DNA from: Vibrio vulnificus CMCP6
GTDB taxonomy: Bacteria > Pseudomonadota > Gammaproteobacteria > Enterobacterales > Vibrionaceae
Length of the DNA stretch: 32,000 nt
Assembly (NCBI RefSeq): GCF_000039765.1
Contig: NC_004459.3
Location: 2,031,127-2,063,126, forward strand
Direction of reading: 5' to 3'
Every line of letters begins with the position of its first letter. The stretch's first letter is position 1. Under the pieces are notes generated by a model. That model saw nothing but the letters and a program-made list of their open reading frames with translations. It had not been told where the DNA came from and made no database searches. Both the position numbers and the translations under genes were made by a program. Positions 7,673 through 14,859 of this stretch are shown here, one piece after another.

Positions 7673-8126
7673 GTGAATTTTATTATTTATAGAGGTTAAG
7701 CCAATAAGGTAATATACCCAAATTTTTGTTTGTAGCCCAACAAAACAAATACCGTTGACAGACTATCAGCTCTACTACAGTGGGTAAAGAAGCACAAATA
7801 TAGTTCAAATAGTGACTACTTGTCATTGCGCAATGTTGGCTCTCAAGCCCACCATCACTACATAATTTTAGGCATGACAAATCAACATGAACAGCCTATG
7901 AATGAGTCCCAACTCTAAACGACTTTGGGGCAAAGGTGATTTAGGCAACTAAGAAGGATCTCTTCTGAGTTGCGAACGATAGTGCGCTCTTGAGTTTTAG
8001 CATTACACCAGATATCGCAAACAATGTAGTTGACCTATTTACGACTGATCTATTTCACTAAGTCGTTTTACTTAAAACTCTTGGATGATATGTGCTCTGG
8101 ACAGAGTTCTGACTAACTTCTGCTCA

Positions 8127-8225
8127 TATACTGTTTAGAGTATAAATATTAAATATACTCTGTGAAGTATATTGCTTTAATATACCCCATAGAGTATATT
8201 TTTACTGTATACTCTATAGGGTATA
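8127..8225. promoter_or_regulatory. four phased TATAC-N8-GTATA operators upstream of hipB (predicted HipB/HipBA binding sites overlapping the promoter)
   Basis: Perfect inverted repeats at 8127-8144, 8154-8171, 8181-8198 and 8208-8225, exactly 27 bp apart. This parallels the four TATCC-N8-GGATA operators of E. coli hipBA. Confidence 0.7.
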
Positions 8226-8264
8226 CAATGCACGCTGTCTCCATATCTAACTAAGGGTATCATA

Positions 8265-8504
8265 ATGCTAGTTAACACACCGACAGTCCTCGGCAATGCG
8301 TTACGCGAAGCCCGAAAGGACAATGGCCTAAAGCAAACAGATCTTGGTCTGCGACAAGCAACAGTATCTAATTTTGAAAGCAACCCTGAAAAATCCACGA
8401 TAGAAACATTGTTCAAGCTCCTGTCTATCAATGGACTAGAAATGCATATTGTGCCGAAAGGCAAGCACATTACTGAAACTAAAGGGGCTGTTGACGAATG
8501 GTGA
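8265..8504 (+). CDS. hipB: HipB-like XRE-family HTH antitoxin
   Basis: 79 aa with an XRE HTH (LGNALREARKDNGLKQTDLGLRQATVSNFESNPEKSTIETLFKLL). The stop overlaps the hipA start in ATGGTGA (8498-8504). Confidence 0.8.
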   Translation: MLVNTPTVLGNALREARKDNGLKQTDLGLRQATVSNFESNPEKSTIETLFKLLSINGLEMHIVPKGKHITETKGAVDEW

Positions 8505-9826
8505 ATCGACTTCATGCTTACATGAATGGCGTAAAGGTTGGGGTACTTGAAAAGCGCACAAACGGCGCACATGTTTTCACTTACGATTCGGGTTGGGTTT
8601 TAGCACCAAATGGTCGTCCTATCTCGCTTTCTATGCCTCTCAGGAAGGATGCGTATACTGGCAGTGAGGTTATTAACTTCTTTGATAACTTACTGCCAGA
8701 TAATCAGCAGATACGAGATAGAATAGCTGCTCGCTATAAAGCAGATACTAAACAGCCATTCGACCTATTAGCTAAGGTTGGTCGAGATGCTGTAGGTGCT
8801 ATCACGCTAGTTCCAGAGGGCTTTGATGTAGATGATCATCGAACCATAACCGCAAAGGCGTTATCCGAAAAGGAATTGGTTAGAATCCTAAAGGGATATA
8901 TGGAGGACGCTCCTTTGGGGATGCTGAAAGAGGAAGATGATTTTAGGATCTCGATAGCGGGAGCGCAGGAAAAGACAGCCTTACTGTTTCACGATGGAAG
9001 ATGGATGCTACCACAGGGAATGACTCCAACTACGCATATTATCAAGCTGCCAATAGGTGAAATTGTTTCTCAGAACAATGTTATTGATTTGTCTGCTAGT
9101 GTAGATAATGAGTTGATTTGTATGAGGCTAGCAAAGGCGTTCGGCATTCAAACGGCAAACTGTGACATTATTCGTGCTGGTGATGTTCGTGCCTTGTCTG
9201 TTGAGCGATTTGACCGAAAATTATCTTCTGATAACAGCTATTACTTGCGCTTGCCCCATGAGGATTTTTGCCAGGCAAAAGGGATTCCCTCAGCTAGAAA
9301 ATATGAAATTGACGGTGGTATCGGCATAGAAGAATCTATTGATATTTTGCGATACTCATACGAAATCAACGATACCGTTACTTTTGCACGTTCTCAGATA
9401 TTGTTTTGGCTACTAGCTGCCATTGACGGGCATGGAAAGAATTTCTCTGTAAGTATAGCCGCATCTGGTCGATATCAGCTTGCACTACTGTATGACATTA
9501 TCTCGGCACATCCACTGACAGGTGGGCGTGGTTTGAGTGAGCGTAAGATCAAGATGGCAATGAGCTTACGTGGCACTAGTGGGCGAAAATGGAAGTGGCA
9601 CCAACTTCAACCGCGCCATTTCGAAGATACCTTTCACACTATGAACGTCCCGAACATAAGGCGAGAAAAGGTTCGCTTATTGCTTGATGAGTTTGAATCG
9701 ACGGCAAGGGCGGTGATTGATTCTGTCGGAAACTCGCTACCACCTGATATTAATGAAAGCGTAAGAGATAAGATATTTAACGGTGTCTTAAAGACAGTTA
9801 AGAAGATTCAATTGACAAAAAAATAA
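8498..9826 (+). CDS. hipA: HipA-family serine/threonine kinase toxin
   Basis: 442 aa. Motifs: ISIAGAQEKTALL (P-loop-like), DGHGKNFS (catalytic loop, cf. E. coli DAHAKNFS) and LLYDIIS (Mg-binding Asp region). Length is close to E. coli HipA. Confidence 0.9.
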   Translation: MVNRLHAYMNGVKVGVLEKRTNGAHVFTYDSGWVLAPNGRPISLSMPLRKDAYTGSEVINFFDNLLPDNQQIRDRIAARYKADTKQPFDLLAKVGRDAVGAITLVPEGFDVDDHRTITAKALSEKELVRILKGYMEDAPLGMLKEEDDFRISIAGAQEKTALLFHDGRWMLPQGMTPTTHIIKLPIGEIVSQNNVIDLSASVDNELICMRLAKAFGIQTANCDIIRAGDVRALSVERFDRKLSSDNSYYLRLPHEDFCQAKGIPSARKYEIDGGIGIEESIDILRYSYEINDTVTFARSQILFWLLAAIDGHGKNFSVSIAASGRYQLALLYDIISAHPLTGGRGLSERKIKMAMSLRGTSGRKWKWHQLQPRHFEDTFHTMNVPNIRREKVRLLLDEFESTARAVIDSVGNSLPPDINESVRDKIFNGVLKTVKKIQLTKK

Positions 9827-9849
9827 ATCAGTATTTAAAGAAAAGCCTC

Positions 9850-9881
9850 ACAGTCGTGCAAGTTATTGCACGACTGTTTTG
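9850..9881 (+). terminator. rho-independent terminator after hipA
   Basis: acagtcgtgcaa-gtta-ttgcacgactgt (12-bp perfect stem) followed by tttt. Confidence 0.75.
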
Positions 9882-10017
9882 ATATTTTTGGGGATGGTCA
9901 AGCTACCGCTCGCTTTGTTAGTTGTCAGCCACGCCTGTAACTCGAAAGGGCAATGGCTTGGTTGTGATTGAGCTATCGAGTCTTTCTTGGCAGTTATCGT
10001 AGATAAAATTAGTTGTA

Positions 10018-11349
10018 TTAGGAGGTAAGGCTCTTTTTCTTCCAAGGAAGCTCTCTCTCAAAAAATACTAGCTTATAATCTTCAAGGCGTGAATTGAGCG
10101 CCTTTTCCCATAGTTCAAGTCCCAATCGTTTTTCATCAATGTACTCATACATATCATAGTGCCTACCAGATACATCATTGATAGCATGCCCCTGTATACG
10201 ATCACGGTACTCTTTGGGAATCTTGATTTCCCCTCCCAATGTTTTTACTGTTCTCCGAAAGTCCCTAGCGACAAAAGGCCTAATTTTTGTAACTTTTTTG
10301 TAAGTTAGCAGTGCTTGAGCAATAGTGTTGGTAGGCATATGTTCATTTGAATTTGTTTTCTTAAAGAAAACAAATGGGCTACCAATAGTAGCCGTTTGTT
10401 CTCTGATTTCTTCTAGTATTTGGATTGCAGAGTTAGTCAGAGGAAGCATGTGATTTTTCTTTGTTTTTTGGAAAGCTTCGCTGACAAGAACAGTTTTTTG
10501 ATCAAAATTTATGTGCGACCATTTGATCGTTACCACTTCGTGAGGTCGTTGCCCTCCCAAGTAAAAACAAAGCCTTAGCACTTGTCTGGTTTGGTATGCA
10601 AGGTTTAAATCATCAAATCTATGTTCCATGTCATAAAGTAATTGGGTTACTTCATTCCAAGATAGGAAGTGTGAACCAATTTTTTCAGGTTGTTTTGGTA
10701 TTTTCGATATCGGATTGTGGTCAAGAGCGAATTTGGTTTCTCTTTTTCTGAATTTAGGGTTATTTTCGTACCCTAAAGCGAAGTTGAATGCCGCATGCAG
10801 AATGGAGCGAATTTTATTACTCTTGTCCACAAATCCTTCTTCAATTGGGATTGCTAATATGTCCAAAAAATCTTCAGTTTCAAAATCTTTCGCCTTTCGA
10901 TGTATGTCGAGATGAGGGAACACATTTTTCACTATGAGCTGATATTCGTCTTCGTGACTACGATTTCCATTATCTTGTTTGTTCTGCTTATGGAACTCAA
11001 TAAGTTGCTCAAAGGTGCCTAATTGATCTTTTTCACGTTCTGCTGTTTTCTTCTCTTCAGACTGCCTTTCTAGCTCATTTTTTGGATCTAATCCTTTAGA
11101 GAGCATTTCACTGTACTCGTTAGCTAGATCACGTGCTTTAGATAAAGTTAGAGCAGGGAACTTACCCAAAGCGATGAAAACTTCTTTCTTCTCTTTATGG
11201 TATTTGAACTTGAAGATCTTAGAGCCAGCAGGAGTGACTTGGACAGTTAAGCGGCCTGTGCCTCGCTCACCTGTATTGTCTGGCTTGTAGTAAGCGGTTT
11301 TTTTGGCAGGAAGCGCTTTGATTTGATTTACAGTTAACATATGGATCAC
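10018..11349 (-). CDS. int: P4-type tyrosine recombinase/integrase
   Basis: The N-terminal arm-binding (DUF4102-like) region reads LTVNQIKALPAKKTAYYKPDNTGERGTGRLTVQVTPAGSKIFKFKY. Catalytic motifs are LGGQRPHEV (Arg), ARDFRRTVKT (His/Arg-x-x-Arg) and HAINDVSGRHYDMYEY (His...Tyr). The tool's start is GTG at 11349. The ATG at 11340, preceded by AGGTGA, is the more likely start. Confidence 0.9.
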   Translation of the reverse strand: MIHMLTVNQIKALPAKKTAYYKPDNTGERGTGRLTVQVTPAGSKIFKFKYHKEKKEVFIALGKFPALTLSKARDLANEYSEMLSKGLDPKNELERQSEEKKTAEREKDQLGTFEQLIEFHKQNKQDNGNRSHEDEYQLIVKNVFPHLDIHRKAKDFETEDFLDILAIPIEEGFVDKSNKIRSILHAAFNFALGYENNPKFRKRETKFALDHNPISKIPKQPEKIGSHFLSWNEVTQLLYDMEHRFDDLNLAYQTRQVLRLCFYLGGQRPHEVVTIKWSHINFDQKTVLVSEAFQKTKKNHMLPLTNSAIQILEEIREQTATIGSPFVFFKKTNSNEHMPTNTIAQALLTYKKVTKIRPFVARDFRRTVKTLGGEIKIPKEYRDRIQGHAINDVSGRHYDMYEYIDEKRLGLELWEKALNSRLEDYKLVFFERELPWKKKSLTS

Positions 11350-11424
11350 CTTGGATGAACCGCTACTAGCTATATTTTGTAGTCGGCTACGTAGTCGGGT
11401 TACTGTTTAGTCCAGTGTAGCTAA

Positions 11425-11522
11425 ATGTAACTATAAGTGATACAGTTATTTCATTGCTCATCATCAAGTTGTTGATTTTACATGGTAATGTAACTTTAGG
11501 TAATTGAGTGTAATTATGTAAC
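11425..11522. promoter_or_regulatory. three direct ATGTAAC motifs between int and the att core (candidate integrase arm-type sites)
   Basis: taaATGTAACta at 11425-11431, gtaATGTAACtt at 11488-11494 and ttATGTAACca at 11516-11522. All are in the same orientation in the P-arm next to the tRNA fragment. Confidence 0.4.
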
Positions 11523-11529
11523 CATATCA

Positions 11530-11574
11530 CTTCTAAGGATGTGGTCGTAGGTTCGAATCCTACAGGGCGTGCCA
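11530..11574 (+). tRNA. 3' fragment only (anticodon loop to CCA) of a tRNA-Arg(UCU)-like gene; island attachment-site core
   Basis: Reads CTTCTAA (anticodon TCT at 11532-11534), GGATG, TGGTC, then T-arm GTAGG-TTCGAAT-CCTAC, then AGGGCGT-G-CCA. From memory this closely resembles the 3' half of E. coli argU. No matching 5' acceptor, D-arm or anticodon-stem strand exists upstream (the expected CATCC is absent), so this is not an intact gene. Confidence 0.75.
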
Positions 11575-11585
11575 TTTATTCTAAG

Positions 11586-11622
11586 GCCTCAGCATCTCAT
11601 GGTGCTGGGGCTTTTTCGTTTT
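11586..11622 (+). terminator. rho-independent terminator following the tRNA 3' end
   Basis: gcctcagca-tctcatgg-tgctggggc stem (one G-U pair) followed by tttttcgtttt. Confidence 0.7.
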
Positions 11623-12147
11623 GGTCATTTTTCCTTTCATATGGATTGTCCGGGCTTTGTCAGTAATGTCACGATGGTGTCAAAGCGGCCAGCTCATATT
11701 GACTTTACCGCGTCCAAAAAATAGCATGCCGCTCGTTTTTATAGCGCGATGGGCAGCACTCATCGTTTCCTTTTCATTTATTGAGGTACAACAGAAACCT
11801 ATGGACTCGTCGAGTAGTCGAATATCACAAAATGGTTTTTTCGAGCCTTCGAAAATGCCAACGGTTTTCTGCTAGCCTGCCAATCTACACTGTTAGCTTG
11901 TGCTGGGTAGTCGATACCTATTGGCATAAGCGAATACTACTTTTCCTCGTTAATACCATCTCTTTATTGATATATGCCTTCGGCCGTTTGCCGCAGGAAC
12001 GATACGCTTATTGATTTGCCTTAAGTGCTTTGTCGCATCGAGAGCAATAAGCGACGACATGTCATGCGTACAACTTTGCGTCCAATGAAAGGGCGGAGGT
12101 GGCTGCGTGGGTTTCTTTGTCCTGAGCGACACTCAGGAGAGATAACC

Positions 12148-12783
12148 ATGACTCTATTACAGACACAAAAAATCGATAACGCGAACGCACAAGGCGTTTG
12201 TGGCGGTCACGCTGTTCACATCGATACTCACACTAACTTAAAAGATGCGTCTATTTCGATGATGTATCGCAAGCGTGTTTTCTGGTTGGTGCTGCTGGTT
12301 TTCGGCAACGTTTTTTCAGGCGCTGGGATTGCTTATTTTGAGGAGATCATCCAAAGCCATGTGGCACTTGTGTTTTTCTTACCCTTGCTTATCGACAGTG
12401 GCGGTAATGCGGGTTCGCAATCGGCCACTTTAATGGTACGCGCGCTAGCAACAGGAGAAGTGATGGCGAAGGATTGGGCGAAAATGCTCAGTAAAGAGCT
12501 TTGCATCGCCGCTCTTCTTGGTATCACTATGGCTGGTGCGGTGTCACTGCTGGGCTTTGTGAGAGGGGGGTATCACATCGCGCTTGTGGTGGCGATCACC
12601 ATGCAGATTGTGGTGATTGTTGGATCTGTGGTGGGCATGTTGCTGCCGTTTCTGCTCAGCAAACTTCGATTTGATCCCGCCTCTGCAAGCGCGCCGTTGA
12701 TCACGACCATTGCCGATGCGATTGGGGTGATGATCTATTTCTCTGTGGCAAGCGTGTTATTGGATTTACCTACCGTGGGTTAA
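12148..12783 (+). CDS. MgtE-family divalent cation channel, transmembrane domain only (211 aa)
   Basis: Has the MgtE TM-domain hallmark FLPLLIDSGGNAGSQSATLMVRALATGEV and PLITTIADAIGVMIYF. The ATG at 12148, preceded by CAGGAGAG, is preferred over the ORF tool's start at 12025. No MgtE N-domain or CBS pair is encoded upstream. Confidence 0.8.
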   Translation: MTLLQTQKIDNANAQGVCGGHAVHIDTHTNLKDASISMMYRKRVFWLVLLVFGNVFSGAGIAYFEEIIQSHVALVFFLPLLIDSGGNAGSQSATLMVRALATGEVMAKDWAKMLSKELCIAALLGITMAGAVSLLGFVRGGYHIALVVAITMQIVVIVGSVVGMLLPFLLSKLRFDPASASAPLITTIADAIGVMIYFSVASVLLDLPTVG

Positions 12784-12920
12784 CGACCAAACGCCAGTGC
12801 AACGATTGAGTTTTTTCTGAATTTTCGACAAATTTTGCACGGTTAATAGGAATGTTGCATCAAGTTGAGTAGATTATTGGCTTAACTACTTTGGCTTGAT
12901 GTAACAACCTGGACGTACCT

Positions 12921-13973
12921 GTGATCATTCGAGTAATTGAGAAGTGGCTTAACCTGAGCCGCTGGCATGAAGATTTTAGGGAGAGCTCATTTGTTTTTAT
13001 TGCGCTCTCTTTTTTAACGGCGATATTTTCGTTTTTTCTCTACTACAACATTTTTATTGTCCCTTTTCCTCCGATGATTTTGCTCGATGGCCTAGGTGTG
13101 TTGGGCTGTTTGGTTGGCTTCTATTTTCTTAAAGATAATCGGCGTTCCCGTTTAGCGGGCATCATTGCGGTGGTTGTGATGATGGTGATCAGCTTGCTTT
13201 ATATCGCTGATACGGGAAATGAGGAATTTGCCCTTGCATTTACTTTAAGTATTCCAGTGATCTCCATTTTTGTTGTCGGTTATCGCTTGGGGGCGACGTT
13301 TAGCGTACTCAATTTTGCTATCATCGCTTGGATCTGTTTTAGCCAAATGCCGAACTGGACGGCAGTGCCTTTCGACAACATCAGTTTTATCCACTTAACG
13401 GTCATCTATTTTACTTTGTTTGCTATCGCTTATTTTTACGATTCCGGCCGCAGGCAAACCATGGCGTTGCTCAAAGAGTCCAATGCAAAACTGCAGCAGA
13501 TTTCAGTAACGGATGCACTCACTCAACTACCTAACCGTTTGTATATTGAAGAGTTTCTCATCAACTCAAACCAAGTGCATTGGATTGTGATTCTCGATAT
13601 CGATGATTTTAAGAAAATCAACGATCGCTATGGGCACGATGTTGGTGACAAGGTATTGCAGATTGTGGCGCAGAAAATTGAAAGCTGTGTTGGTGGCAAT
13701 GGCGTGGCTTGTCGCTGGGGAGGAGAGGAGTTTCTCATGGCTTTTTATCTGCAAGAGATTGACGTCATAGAGGGCAAGATTTTCCGTCTGCAGCAAGAGA
13801 TCGCGACGTTTGAGTTTGGTTTACGTAGCCCGATCACCTTCAGTTGTGGCGGGGCGCCGCATCAGCCTAAACATTATCGCAAAGCGTTTCGTCAAGCGGA
13901 TGAAGCACTCTATCGAGCCAAAAAAGCAGGGAAAAACAGCTTTGTTTACGATGTGATTGCCAGAGTTAGTTAG
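12921..13973 (+). CDS. membrane-anchored GGDEF diguanylate cyclase
   Basis: The N-terminal ~190 aa has several hydrophobic helices. The C-terminal GGDEF domain shows LTQLPNR, DIDDFKKINDRYGHDVGD, RWGGEEF and ALYRAKKAGKN. GTG start. Confidence 0.85.
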   Translation: MIIRVIEKWLNLSRWHEDFRESSFVFIALSFLTAIFSFFLYYNIFIVPFPPMILLDGLGVLGCLVGFYFLKDNRRSRLAGIIAVVVMMVISLLYIADTGNEEFALAFTLSIPVISIFVVGYRLGATFSVLNFAIIAWICFSQMPNWTAVPFDNISFIHLTVIYFTLFAIAYFYDSGRRQTMALLKESNAKLQQISVTDALTQLPNRLYIEEFLINSNQVHWIVILDIDDFKKINDRYGHDVGDKVLQIVAQKIESCVGGNGVACRWGGEEFLMAFYLQEIDVIEGKIFRLQQEIATFEFGLRSPITFSCGGAPHQPKHYRKAFRQADEALYRAKKAGKNSFVYDVIARVS

Positions 13974-14175
13974 TGTATTGCGCTAATTTTTAGCGAATGG
14001 CGTAGTGATTTATCTTGTTCTCCAATATTTTTGCTGAACAAATTTGGTTTTTTTGTTGTTTTTTTAGTCCGATTGTTTTATAAATAATTGCGATGCGTCT
14101 CATTTATAAAATATGAAATTGTTATGAATTGATTGCATAAGCTATTCTCCAGCTTTATTTGGCTAGAGTAACTTT

Positions 14176-14640
14176 ATGAAAACTAAAATCATTTTATGTT
14201 CAGCGGTACTAGCAGTACTTTCTGGTTGTGCGTCAGTACCTATGGTTGATTCTGAACTCTCCGATCAAGCGAAACAGTTTGAAGCGCCAACCGAAGGTAA
14301 AGCGGGTGTTTACGTTTATCGCCCAGAATCTGGCATTGGTGGTGCGCTGAAAAAAGATGTGCATATTGATGGTGAATGCATTGGTGAAACGGCACCGGGT
14401 GTTTTCTTCTACCACGAAGTGGATGGCGATAAAGAGCACATTGTCAGTACCGAATCTGAATTTTCTCCAAATGAAGTCACCTTGTTTACTGAGCAAGGAC
14501 GTCTCTATTTTGTTCAGCAATACATCAAAATGGGGGCATTTGTTGGCGGTGCGGATTTAGTGGTTGTCGATGAGTCAACGGGTAAATCTGACGTTTACAA
14601 AACAAAAATGGCGATCAAGGGCAACTGCTCAGCCAAGTAA
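14176..14640 (+). CDS. lipoprotein (DUF2846-like)
   Basis: Signal peptide with lipobox MKTKIILCSAVLAVLSGC. 154 aa, followed by a terminator. Confidence 0.75.
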   Translation: MKTKIILCSAVLAVLSGCASVPMVDSELSDQAKQFEAPTEGKAGVYVYRPESGIGGALKKDVHIDGECIGETAPGVFFYHEVDGDKEHIVSTESEFSPNEVTLFTEQGRLYFVQQYIKMGAFVGGADLVVVDESTGKSDVYKTKMAIKGNCSAK

Positions 14641-14660
14641 TTCGACGCTCTCGTCTACAG

Positions 14661-14687
14661 ACCCAAGCTTTGTGCTTGGGTTTTTTC
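14661..14687 (+). terminator. rho-independent terminator
   Basis: acccaagc-tttgt-gcttgggt followed by tttttt. Confidence 0.8.
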
Positions 14688-14859
14688 TATCTACGATAAA
14701 GAGGCCATAGGTTCAGAGTTTATAGGCGAAGAGGTTATTTCTGTCGCATTCCGTCGCTTTTGTTTGTTATTCCTACTGTTTTTTATGTCTGGTTATTAAA
14801 TCTTTTGCATTTGTTGCCGATAACAAGGTTTTCTAAGTGTCTGTTATATGGGGTAAGTT

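Larger units (their letters stand above)
1..11574. mobile_element. tRNA-Arg-associated integrative genomic island (right end in window, left end beyond nt 1)
   Basis: A P4-type int sits next to a partial tRNA att core with the native terminator outside it. An alpA-like gene and TA and nuclease/ATPase cargo are present. The region is clearly more AT-rich by eye than nt 12000-32000. No second copy of the 45-nt core occurs in the window. Confidence 0.75.

Noticed and set aside
11490-11574. Intact tRNA gene at the island edge
   Set aside because: Only the 3' 45 nt fit a tRNA-Arg(UCU) cloverleaf. The sequence upstream of 11530 cannot pair with the anticodon-stem 3' strand (GGATG) or with the acceptor 3' strand (AGGGCGT), and it has no D-arm.
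1-11574. Calling the island a bona fide phage satellite (P4-like, PICI or Vibrio PLE)
   Set aside because: Only int and alpA-like genes support this. No primase/helicase, capsid-redirecting, terS, psu/delta/sid or PLE-type genes are recognisable in the visible 11.5 kb. The idea is kept only as a hypothesis tied to the iteron finding.
11387-11575. 62-aa minus-strand ORF beginning MARPVGFEPTT
   Set aside because: This is the classic reverse-complement translation of a tRNA T-arm and acceptor (TGGCACGCCCTGTAGGATTCGAACC). It is not a gene.
12025-12147. Upstream start for the MgtE-like CDS (tool's 252-aa version)
   Set aside because: The extra 41 codons are Arg-rich and non-MgtE-like, with no RBS. 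The ATG at 12148 has a CAGGAGAG RBS 7 nt upstream.
11880-12147. M-box (Mg) riboswitch upstream of the MgtE-like gene
   Set aside because: A few short words (gatacgct, gtccaatgaaag) are reminiscent of it. However, I cannot reconstruct the conserved multi-helix M-box core by eye. It needs a covariance-model scan before any claim.
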